Shown here: positions 37,828 to 48,662 of the stretch, piece after piece
Position numbering within the stretch: the stretch's first letter is position 1
How the letters are laid out: every line of letters starts with the position of its first letter
NCBI GenBank assembly: GCA_963801675.1
Contig: CAWDFN010000001.1
Span: forward strand, 4,311,069-4,375,068
Origin: an uncultured Planctomycetia bacterium
GTDB taxonomy: Bacteria; Planctomycetota; Planctomycetia; Pirellulales; PALSA-1355
Direction of reading: 5' to 3'
Length of the DNA stretch: 64,000 nt
Program-made: the position numbers and the translations under genes
Notes under the pieces: model-generated
Database searches by the model: none
Told to the model about the DNA's origin: nothing
What the model saw: only the letters and a program-made list of their open reading frames with translations

Positions 37828-37944
37828 AGAACGCGACTGCAAGCATTCGGATAATGTTGTTGTGCGCTGGGTTAGTTTGAGGATACTCCGCCAAGTACAA
37901 TAGCATCGCCTGGACGAAATACGAGCTGGATGAGGGAAAGTCCG

Positions 37945-39186
37945 ATGCGGCGTTTGATCCTGTTTGCGGCGACTCTCGTGTCGGCGGCATCGCCGGCGGC
38001 TGCTGGGGAGAATTGGCCGCAGTTTCGTGGCCCGCAGGGGGACGGAATGTCGGTCGAGACCGGCTTGCCGTCGACTTGGAGCGAATCGCAACACGTAACT
38101 TGGAAGACGGCCATTCACGGCAAGGGCTGGAGCTCGCCGGTCATCTGGAACACTCAGATCTGGATCACCACCGCCACCGAGGATGGCAAGCAGCTGTTCG
38201 CCGTGTGTATCGACCGCGAGACGGGACGGATCGTGCATGACGCGCTGGTGTTCGAGATCGCCGAGCCGCAGTTCTGCCATGCGCTCAACAGCTATGCCAC
38301 GCCGACGCCGGTGGTCGAGGAGGGTCGGGTGTACGTGCACTTCGGCACGCACGGCACGGCCTGTCTCGACACGCAGTCGGGAAAGACGCTGTGGACGCGT
38401 CAGGATTTTCCGTGCAATCACTTTCGCGGCCCAGCCTCTTCGCCGATCGTGTACGGAAACCTGCTGATCGTGGCTTACGACGGGTTCGACTTGCAGTACG
38501 TGGTGGCGCTCGACAAGCGGACTGGAAAAACGGTGTGGCGCCGCGATCGCAACATTGATTATGGCACCGCCGACGGCGACGCGAAAAAGGCGTACGGCAC
38601 GGCCAAGGTGATCGAAGTCGACGGCCAGCCGCAACTGGTCTATCCCAGCGCCGGGGCGACGATCGCCTACGTGCCCGAAACCGGCGCGGAGATTTGGCGA
38701 GTCAACCACGGCGGCATGAACGCGGCGGCGACGGCGCTATTTGGGCACGGACGACTGTACCTCAACACGGCCGCCGGCGGCTTCAAACTGTTTGCCATGC
38801 GCGTGGGAGGAAAGGGGGACGTGACCAACACCAGCGTCGAGTGGAAATGCAGCCAGGGGGTGCCCACGCGAAGTTCGCAATTGCTGGTGGGCGATTGGAT
38901 CTTCATGGTCAGCGATGCCGGCATTGCCTCTTGTCTCGACGCCAAGACCGGCAAGACGATCTGGCACGAGCGGCTCGACGGCGAGTTTTCGGCGTCGCCT
39001 CTGTACGCCGACGGAAAGGTTTATTATTTCAATCAGACTGGCGCAGCTTTCGTCGTCGCGCCCCAGCCCGAGTTCAAGCTGCTGGCGACCAACACCCTCA
39101 ACGCGGGGTTCATGGCCTCGCCGGCGGTTTATGAAAAGGCGCTGTATTTGCGCACGAAGACGGATCTGTATCGGATCGAGGATTGA
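37945..39186 (+). CDS. Secreted PQQ-like (BamB-like) beta-propeller repeat protein
   Basis: Intact ORF. Signal peptide MRRLILFAATLVSAASPAAA. It has ENWPQFRGPQGDGMS, WKTAIHGKGWSSPVIW and repeated G(K/R)T(I/L/V)W blades (SGKTLWTR, TGKTVWRR, TGAEIWRV, TGKTIWHE). Confidence 0.75.
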   Translation: MRRLILFAATLVSAASPAAAGENWPQFRGPQGDGMSVETGLPSTWSESQHVTWKTAIHGKGWSSPVIWNTQIWITTATEDGKQLFAVCIDRETGRIVHDALVFEIAEPQFCHALNSYATPTPVVEEGRVYVHFGTHGTACLDTQSGKTLWTRQDFPCNHFRGPASSPIVYGNLLIVAYDGFDLQYVVALDKRTGKTVWRRDRNIDYGTADGDAKKAYGTAKVIEVDGQPQLVYPSAGATIAYVPETGAEIWRVNHGGMNAAATALFGHGRLYLNTAAGGFKLFAMRVGGKGDVTNTSVEWKCSQGVPTRSSQLLVGDWIFMVSDAGIASCLDAKTGKTIWHERLDGEFSASPLYADGKVYYFNQTGAAFVVAPQPEFKLLATNTLNAGFMASPAVYEKALYLRTKTDLYRIED

Positions 39187-39226
39187 CGCTCGCTGCCGCG
39201 AAGCGAACGGAGTGCGTGCAGCACAC

Positions 39227-40357
39227 CTACTTGTGCACCCAGCGTACTCGGTGATTGTTTGTGTCGCCGATAATCACTCCGCCGTCCGGCGCGATGCAAA
39301 TGCCGTGGGGGCGGTCGACCTTCGCTTCGAGCGCCGCAGTTTTCTCGCCCGCATAGCCGCGCGCCGCGGGTCCGCCGCCGGCGATCGTATCCACGCGATT
39401 GGCGCGGGTGTCGATGCGGCGAATCGCCTGGTTTTCGGAATCGACGACGTACACCAGGCCCTCGAGCGTCGCGGCGATGCCCTTGGGTCCGTTGAAAGTC
39501 GCGTCGGCGGGCGGTCCGCCGTCGCCGGAGAAGCCCGACTTGCCGGTGCCGGCCACGTGATGGATGACGCCGGAGTCGAGATCGAGCCGCCAAACGCTGT
39601 TACCCTCGCGCAGCGCGATCCACAAGTTTCGGCCCGTGATGGCCAGCGCCCGAGGGCCGAGGATGGGCTGGCCTTGCGATTGTGTGCCGTCGCGCGGCAG
39701 CGTTCGCTCGCCGTTGCCGGCGATCGAGGTAATCGTGCCGTTTTTGACGTCGATGCGGCGAACACGATGGTTGCCGATGTCGGCGACGTAAAGAAAGCCG
39801 CGGTCGTCGAGCGCAATGCTGTGCGGCTGGCGGAACTGTGCGGCTCTCGCAGGTCCATCGTCGCCATCGTATCCCGCCTGGGGCGTGCCGGCCACCGTCG
39901 AGATCGTGCCGTCGCGGGCGTCGACCCGGCGGACGAGATGGTTCTGCATCTCGACGAAATACATGTTCCGTTGAGCGTCGAAGCGGACTTCGTAGGGCTC
40001 GTTGAGCTGGGCTTTGTCGGCCGGTCCGCCGTCGCCCGAGTAACCCTTGGTTCCGTTGCCGGCGACGCTGGTGAGTTGTCCGCTCGAGCGGTCGAGTCGC
40101 AACACGCGGTGCTGACCGATGTTGGTGATGTAGAGAGCGCCGCTAGGGCCCAGCTCGACGCCAAACGGCTGGTCGACGGGGGCTTGCACGGCCGCCGCGC
40201 CGCCGTCGGGAAAGTCGCCGCCGCGCCCGTTGCCGGCGACGGTTTCGATAATCAGTCCGTCGGCGCCTGCTCGGGCCGCGATTGGAAAAATGCACGCGAC
40301 ACCAGTCAGAAGTCTCAGCAGGCAACTCGATGTTCGCGGCAAAGTCATGGCTTCCAC
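39227..40357 (-). CDS. Secreted NHL-repeat beta-propeller protein
   Basis: Intact ORF. Repeats include GYSGDGGPADKAQLNEPYEVRFD, GYDGDDGPARAAQFRQPHSIALD, FSGDGGPPADATFNGPKGIA and NHRVRRID. The start may be the internal ATG at 40348. Confidence 0.8.
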   Translation of the reverse strand: MEAMTLPRTSSCLLRLLTGVACIFPIAARAGADGLIIETVAGNGRGGDFPDGGAAAVQAPVDQPFGVELGPSGALYITNIGQHRVLRLDRSSGQLTSVAGNGTKGYSGDGGPADKAQLNEPYEVRFDAQRNMYFVEMQNHLVRRVDARDGTISTVAGTPQAGYDGDDGPARAAQFRQPHSIALDDRGFLYVADIGNHRVRRIDVKNGTITSIAGNGERTLPRDGTQSQGQPILGPRALAITGRNLWIALREGNSVWRLDLDSGVIHHVAGTGKSGFSGDGGPPADATFNGPKGIAATLEGLVYVVDSENQAIRRIDTRANRVDTIAGGGPAARGYAGEKTAALEAKVDRPHGICIAPDGGVIIGDTNNHRVRWVHK

Positions 40358-40490
40358 TCCAGAGATGAATCAAATGCTGCGGGCTATTGTAGCGGCGGCA
40401 CGCGGCGGTTGCACTCGCTCGGACTGCACGGCACAATATCGCTTTGCACTTCAGGCCGCGTTTTGGCCGGTCCAATCCCGCTTTGAAATC

Positions 40491-41836
40491 ATGGGGGGCG
40501 CCATGGCAGTCAGGTGGAGCATCCACGTCGTCGTTTGCGCTTTGCAGCTCGGTTGGCTCGCGCCTTCGGCGTGGGCGCAGGCTGGGCTTGGAGGCATTGC
40601 GCCCAACCAGGCGGCCGATTTCTTGCGCATCGGCCAAGATCAGAAAGAAGCGCTCAAGGTGAACGAGGCCATCTATCAGGGAATCGGTTTCGCCAATACT
40701 TTTCTGGTTACCACCCCAGAGGGCAACGTGATCGTCGACACGTCGTCGGCCCACATCGCGCAAAAGCACCATGACTTGCTGACCAAGGTCAGCGACGCGG
40801 CGGTGCGGTACATCATCTTGACGCACGGCCACGGCGACCATAACGGCGGAGTGCACTTGTGGAAGCAAGAGGGGACGCAAATCCTCACGCAGCGGAATTT
40901 TCCCAAGTTGTGCGCGTATCAGGACCGGCTGACCGGTTATTTTGTTCGCACCAACGCGGCCCAATTCAATTTCAACCCCGAGCGGCTGGCCGAGCTGGCC
41001 CGGTCGCCGAAGAGCAAGGTCGAGCCCACGATTACCTTCGACGAGCGCTATGACTTCGAACTGGGAGGCGTGAAATTCGAGGTCTTGCACACGCCGGGCG
41101 AAACGGACGACGCCTTGACCGTTTGGCTGTCCAAGTACAAGGCCGCCTTTGTCGGCGACAATGTGTACGATTCGTTTCCGAACATTTACACGCTGCGCGG
41201 CACGCCGCCGCGCTGGGCGCTCGACTACGTGGCGTCGATCAACAAGGTGCTGGCGCTTGAGCCGGAAATCGTGCTGCCGAGCCATGGTTTGCCGATCGTG
41301 GGCAGGGAGAAGATCGTCCAGAGGCTGACGCAGTATCGAGACGCGATTCAGTACGTGCACGACGCGGTAGTCAAGGGAATGAACGACGGCAAAGACGTGT
41401 TTACGCTGATGCGCGAGATCAAGCTTCCGGCGGAGCTGGACATCGGCGAAACGTACGGCAAGGTGTCCTGGAGCGTGCGGGGAATTTATGAGGGCTACGT
41501 GGGCTGGTTCGACAACAATCCGGCGACGATGTATTCGGCTTCGCCGACCGTGGCGGACGCCGACCTAGTCGATCTGGCCGGCGGGCCGGGCGCGGTGGCG
41601 GCCAAATCGCGCGAAGTGACTCAAGCCGGCGACGCCGTGCGCGGCTTGCGGCTGGCCGATGCGGCGCTGGCACGCGACTCGGTGCATCGCGGGGCGCTCG
41701 AGGCCAAACGGTCGGCGCTTTTGGCGCTGCAAAAAAGACGCGCAATGGACTGGAGCACGCCTGGCTGGGCTATGGCGTGCGCGGCGTGCAGAAGTTGCTC
41801 GACGCCACGGCCCAAGGGAAAACCGAGGCGAAGTGA
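40491..41836 (+). CDS. MBL-fold hydrolase with an alkyl-sulfatase-type dimerisation domain; 1 frameshift in an A-run
   Basis: Signal peptide MAVRWSIHVVVCALQLGWLAPSAWA. It has ILTHGHGDHNGG (HxHxDH), VLHTPGETDDAL and YGKVSWSVRGIYEGYVGWFDNNPA. The C-terminus KKTRNGLEHAWLGYGVRGVQKLLDATAQGKTEAK is recovered if the A6 run at 41731-41736 is read as A7. Confidence 0.7.
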
Positions 41837-41838
41837 TC

Positions 41839-42726
41839 TTACTTCGATGGCGGCCGCTGGACGGTCAACACGGCCGAGACGGGAAAATGATCGGACGGAT
41901 AGCGGTCGTTCTGACTGGCGCGGTCGATCGTGGCTTCGGTGGCCCGGCACTCGGCCGAGCCCAGCACGAAATCGATCCGCTTGCCGCGGCGGTTGCCGGA
42001 GAAATTATGGAACGTGGCTTCGTCCGGTTCCGGATTGGGGTGGACCTGGCGATAGAGGTCGAACAGGCGCGGGCCGGCGGCCGGCTTGGCTACGATCGTG
42101 CGGAAGCCCTCGTGATCTTCGCTGACGTTGAAGTCGCCGGTGACGATTGTTGGAACGGCGCCGGCGTGTTCGGAAATCCAGCGGCGTATGATTTTGGCTG
42201 ATTCGACCCGAGCCTGGTTGCCGCGGTGGTCCCAGTGCGTGTTGAGATAGCATAGATCGCGACCCGCGTCGTCGCGATCGCGCAGTCGGGCCCAGGTGGC
42301 GATGCGCGGGAGCGAGCTGTCCCAGCTTTTGCTGCCCGGCCGGTCGGGGGTTTCGCTGAGCCAGAACGTGCCGGAATCGACCAGTTCGAAGCGCGAAGTT
42401 CGGAACATCACGGAGGAAAACTCGCCGCGCCGCTTGCCGTCGTCACGTCCAACGCCCACCAGGGTGTAGTCCTTGAGTCGCTCGGCCAGAAAATCGGCTT
42501 GCACGGCCAGCACCTCTTGGGTGCCGAGCAAGTCGGGGTTGAATTTGCGGATCACGTCGATCAGAAAGTCCTTGCGCTTGTCCCAGCCGTTTTCGCCGTC
42601 GGCCGCGGCGGCGTAGCGAATGTTGAAGGTCATCACGCGCAGCGTCGGCTCGCCGGCTGAAGTAGCGGTCCCGAGCAAGCTGTTGGCAAACATAAACAGT
42701 CCGAGCGAGATCACCGTCTGGCGCAC
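41839..42726 (-). CDS. Secreted endonuclease/exonuclease/phosphatase (EEP) family protein
   Basis: Intact ORF with LRVMTFNIRY, LLGTQEV, LNTHWDH, IVTGDFN and PSDHFPV. Confidence 0.8.
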   Translation of the reverse strand: MRQTVISLGLFMFANSLLGTATSAGEPTLRVMTFNIRYAAAADGENGWDKRKDFLIDVIRKFNPDLLGTQEVLAVQADFLAERLKDYTLVGVGRDDGKRRGEFSSVMFRTSRFELVDSGTFWLSETPDRPGSKSWDSSLPRIATWARLRDRDDAGRDLCYLNTHWDHRGNQARVESAKIIRRWISEHAGAVPTIVTGDFNVSEDHEGFRTIVAKPAAGPRLFDLYRQVHPNPEPDEATFHNFSGNRRGKRIDFVLGSAECRATEATIDRASQNDRYPSDHFPVSAVLTVQRPPSK

Positions 42727-42753
42727 AAGTGTGTCTCCTCTTCAATATTTGAT

Positions 42754-43858
42754 TCAGGCCTCGGCGACTTCGACGAACACCTTGAGCGCCGCATTGTCGT
42801 CGACCAGGGCGCGCATCATTTGAGCGTAATTGTCGAGCCCGCGAATCGGCGTCGTGAGAATACGCTGGATTACGCCGGGGTACATCATTTCGCCCAGCGC
42901 CAGGTCCTTGATGCCCATTTCGAAGTGTTCGCGGTTGGCGTTGACCGAACCCAAGAGCAGCTTGTTGCCCAGCACCCAGTCGAGGTTCACCTTGTCGGAG
43001 GGGACTTCGACGTGCTGGCGGCCGCCTGTGACGCTGGTCCAAACGAGCACGCCATTGTGTCCCAGCACCTGCATCGATTCGAAGGCCACCGCACTGCTGC
43101 CGGTGGCGTCGATGATCAGGTCGGCCTTGCCGACGTTCCGTGCCAGCTCGGCCTGCGAGGTGCGCGCGGTGCTGATGTAATGGGCGCCCATGGCTTCGAC
43201 CAGTTCGGCCTTGAGCTGCGGCGGCTCGCTACGGGCCAGCGTGTAGACCTCGAGTCCGCGCAGCCGCAGGGCCAGCGTGCTCAGCAGGCCGATCTGTCCG
43301 GCGCCCATGACGTAAGCGATTTTCGGCCGCCACACGTGCAACCGGCGCTGCACCTCGTAGGCTTGCTGCACGGCCTTGGTGGCGCAGCTCATGGGCTCAA
43401 CCAGCACGTGCAGGTGGTCCAGCCCGCGGGGCATCTTGACGATGAACTCGGCATCGTCGACGTAATGCTCGGTGAGGAAGCCGTGCAGCAGGTTGATGCC
43501 TCGTTCGTAGTAGGTTTCTTCGCTGGTCATGTCCGAGGTGCCGATCTGGTCGTAGATCGAGCCGCCGGGGCGGCGCACCGTTGCGGTGACGATAGTCGCC
43601 CGGCTTGACGTGCTTGACGTTTTCGCCGACGGCTTCCACGATGCCAAACGACTCGTGCCCGAGAACCAGAAAATCGCAGCCCGGCGGGGCGGCGCCGTAC
43701 TTGGCTTCGTTGATTTCCCGATCGGTGGCGTCGACGCCGATTTTCAACACCCGCACCAAAACGCCGCGCCCGCCGGCGACGTCGCGCACGCCGGGCTTCG
43801 GCAGATCGGCCAGGTGCACGCTGTTGGGTTTGCCCGGAGTGACGGCGACGGCTTTCAT
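42754..43858 (-). CDS. Zinc-type medium-chain dehydrogenase, glucose 1-dehydrogenase-like; 1 frameshift near 43590
   Basis: [24 protein letters not shown]...[15 protein letters not shown]...[26 protein letters not shown] joins [21 protein letters not shown]...[10 protein letters not shown]...VFVEVAEA (ORFs 43397..44020 and 42754..43647). The substrate call is tentative. Confidence 0.7.
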
Positions 43859-43984
43859 GTTTTTCGAACTCGAAGGACGCAGAGCATGTACGATCGGTTG
43901 ATGCTGGACGCGGCACCTGACCAGCCTAGCCGCTGACTGCTCGTTGTCAACGCAAGGTCTCAGAGACGCCGGTGGGACATTTCC

Positions 43985-44109
43985 GGGTTGGCACCGACAA
44001 CTCGTCGTCGTTCTTGCCAAGCAACAAGAGGAGTTTCAGCGAGGCTCTCGCAGCTCATCCAAGCCTCTTGTCCCTTCGGGACCCAGACAACAAGTTGTCT
44101 GGGCCACCC
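43985..44109 (-). repeat. Copy C of the ~125-nt nested-palindrome element (reverse orientation)
   Basis: The reverse complement reads GGGTGGC-CCAGACAACTTGTTGTCTGG-GTC-CCGAAGGGACAAGAGG-cttggatgagctGCGAGagcCTCGCtgaaact-CCTCTTGTTGCTTGG-CAAGAACGACGACGAGTTGTCGG-T-GCCAACC. It sits in the divergent region between the dehydrogenase and the membrane-protein gene. Confidence 0.9.
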
Positions 44110-44252
44110 GAGGGGGCGGCCGTTGCCACTGGCGTGCATCCAAACGAACTTGGGATGATCTCGACAGGTTCGCTCGCGACGGATAGCTTGATATGGTTCG
44201 CTGTCAGCCGTGGATCGGTTCCGTCTTTCATCGCGCCGCAGGAGGCATCGCC

Positions 44253-44642
44253 ATGCCGAATATTTCGCTGTTCTTTGGGGCCGTTTTGACTGCCATCGGG
44301 CTGTTCGGGTATTTTGGATCCGCGTCCGACGACCCGAGCCCCACCGCGTTGATTCCGGCGGCCGTTGGCGCCATCTTGATCGTTTGCGGGCTCATTGCCC
44401 GCAAGCCTAGCCTACGGATGCATGCGATGCACGCGGCGGTGTTGGTGGCGTTGATTGGTGCTATTGGGGCTCTGGTAAAGGCGTTTCCTAATATCGGGCG
44501 ATTGGCCTCGGACGATCCGACATACAGGCGCCCGGTGGCGATGCAGTTTTTGATGGCGGTCACGTGCATCGTCTACGTCGTGCTGTGCGTACGTTCGTTC
44601 ATCGCGGCGCGACGGGCTCGCACACAAGCCGCGGAACATTGA
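44253..44642 (+). CDS. Small integral membrane protein (about 4 TM helices), unknown function
   Basis: MPNISLFFGAVLTAIGLFGYFGSASDDPSPTALIPAAVGAILIVCGLIARKPSLRMHAMHAAVLVALIGAIGALV...FLMAVTCIVYVVLCVRSFIAARR. A GGAGG sits 7 nt upstream of the ATG. Confidence 0.6.
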   Translation: MPNISLFFGAVLTAIGLFGYFGSASDDPSPTALIPAAVGAILIVCGLIARKPSLRMHAMHAAVLVALIGAIGALVKAFPNIGRLASDDPTYRRPVAMQFLMAVTCIVYVVLCVRSFIAARRARTQAAEH

Positions 44643-44677
44643 CGAACCAACTGACGACGCACAACGTCGAGGAATCC

Positions 44678-45667
44678 GTGAGCCACTTTCTCCTCAGGAA
44701 GATTACGTCTCGCCGTTGGCTGGCCCGGGGGATCATTGCGCTGGCCGTCGCGGCGGCATTCTCGATCGACTGCCCATTGGCTTGCGCCGAGGACGGCGAA
44801 TGGACTGAGCAGACGTTCGTCTACAAGAGCGTCGGGCCGACCAAGATCGAGGCGGACGTCCGGCGACGAAATGGCACGCAAGCGCGGCCGGCGGTGGTTT
44901 GGATTCACGGCGGCGCGTTGATCATGGGCAATCGCAAAGGCGTGCCGCGGAACATCGTCGAGCTGTGCAAGGCGAACAACTATGTGTTGATCTCGATCGA
45001 CTACCGCCTGGCGCCCGAGGTAAAACTGCCGGCGATCATCGACGATCTCAAGGATGCCTTTCACTGGATCGGCGCCGAGGGTGTGACACAGTTGCACCTC
45101 GATACCGAGAAGATTCTGGTCAGCGGCGGATCGGCCGGCGGGTATCTGACGATGATGAGCGGCATTTGCGCCGAGCCGAAGCCGAAGGCGCTGTTGGCCT
45201 ACTGGGGATACGGCGACGTCGACGGGCCATGGTATGCCGAGCCGGCTTACCAAAACGTGAAGCGCGTGAGCAAGGAAGACGCCTTCAATGCCGTGGGTGG
45301 CGAAGTGCAAACCAACGGTGGCGGCCAACGCGGAACGTATTACATGTATCTGCGGCAGAACGGCCTGTGGCCGAAGGAAGTCACCGGCTTCGATCCCAAG
45401 ACCCAGCGCGCGAAGTTGGACCCCTATTGCCCGGTGCGCAACATCACGCCCAAGTATCCGCCGCTGCTGATGGTGCATGGCACGGCCGACGAAGACGTGC
45501 CCTACCAGGAATCGGTCGACATGGCCGAGGCCTGCAAGAAGCAGGGTGTTTGGCACGAGCTGATCACCGTTGAAGGGGGCGGCCACGGGCTGGGCGGCGG
45601 CGACAAGAAGGTGATCGCCGAGGCGCAAGCGCGGGCGATGGAGTTCATCAGCAACCAGCTCGACTGA
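44678..45667 (+). CDS. Secreted alpha/beta-hydrolase (esterase/lipase-like)
   Basis: VVWIHGGALIMGN (HGG oxyanion motif), VSGGSAGGYL (GxSxG) and MVHGTADEDVP. The GTG start at 44678 is tentative. Confidence 0.75.
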   Translation: MSHFLLRKITSRRWLARGIIALAVAAAFSIDCPLACAEDGEWTEQTFVYKSVGPTKIEADVRRRNGTQARPAVVWIHGGALIMGNRKGVPRNIVELCKANNYVLISIDYRLAPEVKLPAIIDDLKDAFHWIGAEGVTQLHLDTEKILVSGGSAGGYLTMMSGICAEPKPKALLAYWGYGDVDGPWYAEPAYQNVKRVSKEDAFNAVGGEVQTNGGGQRGTYYMYLRQNGLWPKEVTGFDPKTQRAKLDPYCPVRNITPKYPPLLMVHGTADEDVPYQESVDMAEACKKQGVWHELITVEGGGHGLGGGDKKVIAEAQARAMEFISNQLD

Positions 45668-45673
45668 TTGCCG

Positions 45674-47080
45674 TTACAGCAATTCGCGAATCGGTTCGCC
45701 GTGGTCGACGTAATAGCGGGGGCGGCCGCGAGGGTCGAGATACGTGCCGTCCAAGGGCACACCCATGTGGTGATAGATCGTGGCGGCCAGGTCGCCGGGG
45801 GTCACGGGTCGCTCGCGGATCTGGCCGCCGTCGCGCTCGGTGGCGCCGATCACCTGGCCGTGACGCATTCCGCCGCCGGCCAGCGTCATCGACATGACCA
45901 CCGGCCAGTGGTCGCGGCCGTCGGTGCTGCCTTGCGTTCCGAGTTTCGGCGTGCGGCCGAACTCGCCCATCGCGATCACCAGCACGTCGTCGAGCAGACC
46001 GCGCTGGTCGAGATCGGCGACCAGCGTGGTCAACAGGTGGTCGAACACCGGCAGCAGGGGCCGCAGGCCGTTCCAGATTCCGCCGTAAGGAGGAATGTTG
46101 TCGCCGTGCGTATCCCAGGTGCCCGACGAGGGGTGATTGCTGAGGTCGATGGTGACGAAGCTCACTCCGGCTTCGACCAGCCGCCGGGCGAGCAGGGCCT
46201 GCTGACACCAGTTGTGGCTGCCGTAGCGCTCGCGGACGGCCGCCGGCTCTTGCGACAAGTCGAACACCTGCTGGGCCCGCTGGCCGGCAACGATGTCGAC
46301 CGCCTGCTGTTCGAACCGATCCATGGCGGCCATCGAGCCGGACAAATCGAGGTCGCGCCGCAAGCGATCGAATTGTTGTTGCAGCGAATGCCGGGTATTG
46401 ATGCGGTCCTGGTCCAATCCGCTGGGCAGCTTGAAAAGCGAGCCGGCCTGATTTCCCAAAAACGGATCGTACTGCTTCCCCAAGTAGCCGCCCCAGGCCA
46501 CGTGCGACCGGGACTGCATGTTGAGCACGACGCTGGGGGGCATGGCCGGGTTGGCAGCGCCACGATGTTTGGCGACGATCGAGGCAATGGCCGGATATTT
46601 CTCGGCCTCGGGGTTGATGCGCGGCTCGGCTTCGAGGTTGGCCGTCTGAAAAACCTGGTTGGGCTCGTGGTTGCTGGAGCGCGCGTCGACCGAGCGGATG
46701 ATGGTCAGCTGGTCCATCATGGCGGCTTGCTTGGGCAGATATTCACACAGCAGCACGCCGGGCAGTTTTGTGCGGATGGTCGAGAATGGTCCGCGGATTT
46801 CGCGCGGCGCGTGGGGCTTGACGTCCCAGGTGTCGATGTGGCTGGGTCCGCCGGTCATCCACAGCAGGATCACGCTCTTGTTCCCGGGGATTGGCTGGCC
46901 GGCTTCGGCCGCTTTAGTTCGGGCCCATAGCAGATCGGGCAGGGACAACCCCGCGATGCCGGCAAGGCTGGCCTTTAGCACGCTGCGCCGGCTGACGACG
47001 GTCAGGCCTTCGCGCAGCCGGGCGTTGAGATAGCCAAACGCGTGTTGCGGAGAATGCGAATGTTGCGCTGGACGTTGCAT
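45674..47080 (-). CDS. DUF1501 protein, paralog 3; intact, with the IS element 71 nt upstream
   Basis: SRRSVLKASLAGIAGLSLPDLL; LLWMTGGPSHIDTWDVKPHAP; GRDHWPVVMSMTLAGGGMRHGQVIG; C-terminus GRPRYYVDHGEPIRELL. Confidence 0.85.
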   Translation of the reverse strand: MQRPAQHSHSPQHAFGYLNARLREGLTVVSRRSVLKASLAGIAGLSLPDLLWARTKAAEAGQPIPGNKSVILLWMTGGPSHIDTWDVKPHAPREIRGPFSTIRTKLPGVLLCEYLPKQAAMMDQLTIIRSVDARSSNHEPNQVFQTANLEAEPRINPEAEKYPAIASIVAKHRGAANPAMPPSVVLNMQSRSHVAWGGYLGKQYDPFLGNQAGSLFKLPSGLDQDRINTRHSLQQQFDRLRRDLDLSGSMAAMDRFEQQAVDIVAGQRAQQVFDLSQEPAAVRERYGSHNWCQQALLARRLVEAGVSFVTIDLSNHPSSGTWDTHGDNIPPYGGIWNGLRPLLPVFDHLLTTLVADLDQRGLLDDVLVIAMGEFGRTPKLGTQGSTDGRDHWPVVMSMTLAGGGMRHGQVIGATERDGGQIRERPVTPGDLAATIYHHMGVPLDGTYLDPRGRPRYYVDHGEPIRELL

Positions 47081-47151
47081 GTGCCCCGCATTCTATCCTA
47101 GAGCCGCACTGGAAGAAACGTCGCGTCTATCGTGACGGCCCTCACCCCTGC

Positions 47152-48662
47152 CCCTCTCCCGCCGGCTGCACTTTCGGAGAAGTCAGATTAGGGAATTGGG
47201 TTTGGTCAATAACGTAGGGTGCAATAAAAATGGCTCTCCAACCACGGTGTTGTATTGGCGTACCGCCCGTGAATCGGAGAGCCAAGGATGGCTGGTCGAA
47301 ATCCGTATTGTGTCCGGCGTCTGCCGGAGGAGTGGTCGGAGTGGGTGGAACTGTTGACGCCTGTGCTCGACAGCCGTACGGCGTGGCGTTTGCCAATCGT
47401 GCTGGCCGGGTTGTTGCTGGCCAGGGGGCGTCGCACGGTGACGACCTGGCTGCGTGCTCAAGGTATCTTGGACGACTTCGACGACTATTATTACTTCCTG
47501 GCCAGCCTGGGACGCAAGATCGAACCGTTGGCCACGCGGTTGTTTCAGCTGTTGCTTTTGCATCTGCCGACCGGCGAGCGGATCGTGCTGGCGCTGGACG
47601 ACACGCCCACCCGGCGTTACGGGCCGAAAGTCGAAGGGGCAGGCCTGCATCACAATCCGACCTCGGGGCCGGACGATCACAAGTTTATTTACGGTCACAT
47701 TTGGGTGACGTTGGCCTGGGTCGTGCGTCATCCGCTGTGGCACACGATCGGATTGCCGTTGCGTGCCTTGTTGTATGTCAAAGCCAAGGATCTGCCCAAG
47801 TTGCACCCGCGTTGCCGCTGGACGTTCCGCACCAAGCTCGAGATGGCGGCCGAACTGGTGAAATGGGCCGAAAACGTGGTCCGTCCGCTGGGCAAGCCGC
47901 TGTGGATCGTGGCCGATGGAGCGTATGCGTATCGGCCCCTGCTGCGAGAAATCTTGCCGCTGGGTGTGACGTTTGTCAGCCGACTGCGCCGCGACGCGGG
48001 CCTGCGCACCCTGCCGCCGCCGCGCCCCCAGGGCCATCGCGGCGGAACGCGCAAATATGCGCGCAAGCGATCTCGCTGGCCAAGCGTGCTGCCCATCGCA
48101 AAGGTTGGCAGCAAACCGAAGTGGTGCTGTATGGACGGCCAGTCATCAAAACCTACAAAACATTTTTGGCCACCTGGCCGGTGGTGGGTGGAGTGTTTCG
48201 CGTGGTGATCGTTCGCGAGCCGGATCGCTGGGAGCCGCTCTTCACGACCGATCCCGATGCCAGCGTGGAAAGCATTCTGGAGTGCTTCGCCGATCGCTCG
48301 TCGATCGAGCAGGTGTTCCACGACATCAAGGAAGTCTGGGGCGCCGGCCAGCAACAAGTCCGCAACCTGTTTACCAACGTGGCCTGCTACCATCTGAACT
48401 TGTGGATGCACACGCTGGTGGAATTGTGGGCATGGAACAAAAGCCACCAGGAACTTCGCGACCGATCGCTGTCGCCGTGGGACTGCCTGCCGCGCCGCCC
48501 GAGCCACGCCGACCGGCGCAACGCCCTGCGACGAAACTGTTTCCAAAACGAATTGTCGGCCGTTGAACTGAAACACCAGATTACACCACGAATCAAAAAA
48601 CTGTTGAAAACCTTCCTCTCCCTAGCCGCCTAACGTCCAAAAGTGCAGCCAAAGGGAGAGGG
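47152..48662 (+). mobile_element. Insertion sequence (~1.5 kb, IS701/IS4-like DDE transposase) with 28-bp imperfect terminal inverted repeats
   Basis: IRL at 47152-47179 is CCCTCTCCCGCCGGCTGCACTTTCGGAG. The reverse complement of IRR at 48635-48662 is CCCTCTCCCTTTGGCTGCACTTTTGGAC (23/28 identical). I found no clear target-site duplication. Confidence 0.75.
47288..48633 (+). CDS. DDE transposase (IS701/IS4-like); 1 frameshift near 48056-48062
   Basis: MAGRNPYCVRRLPEEWSEWVELL...LALDDTPTRRYGPKVEGAGLHHNPT...IYGHIWVTLA...WIVADGAYAYRPLL (ORF 47288..48208) continues as ISLAKRAAHRKGWQQTEVVLYGRPV...FADRSSIEQVFHDIKEVWGAGQQQVRN (tail of ORF 47230..48633). Candidate D, D, E residues are present. Confidence 0.8.

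Noticed and set aside
37683-37880. Recurrent peptide strings across the repeat copies (e.g. LLSLRDPDNKLSGPP, LLLRNTDNKLSVPP) in ORF-track entries 7341..7616, 37683..37880, 43972..44289 and 50410..50598.
   Set aside because: The similarity is a by-product of nucleotide repeat conservation. The ORFs differ in frame and strand between copies, lack starts and SD sites, and are interrupted by the variable core.
43985-44109. The repeat as a tRNA, tmRNA or other known structured RNA gene because of its cloverleaf-like fold and 7-bp closing stem.
   Set aside because: It is about 125 nt long with no T-loop (GTTCGAATC-like) or D-loop consensus and no CCA context. Both strands fold equally because the helices are DNA palindromes.
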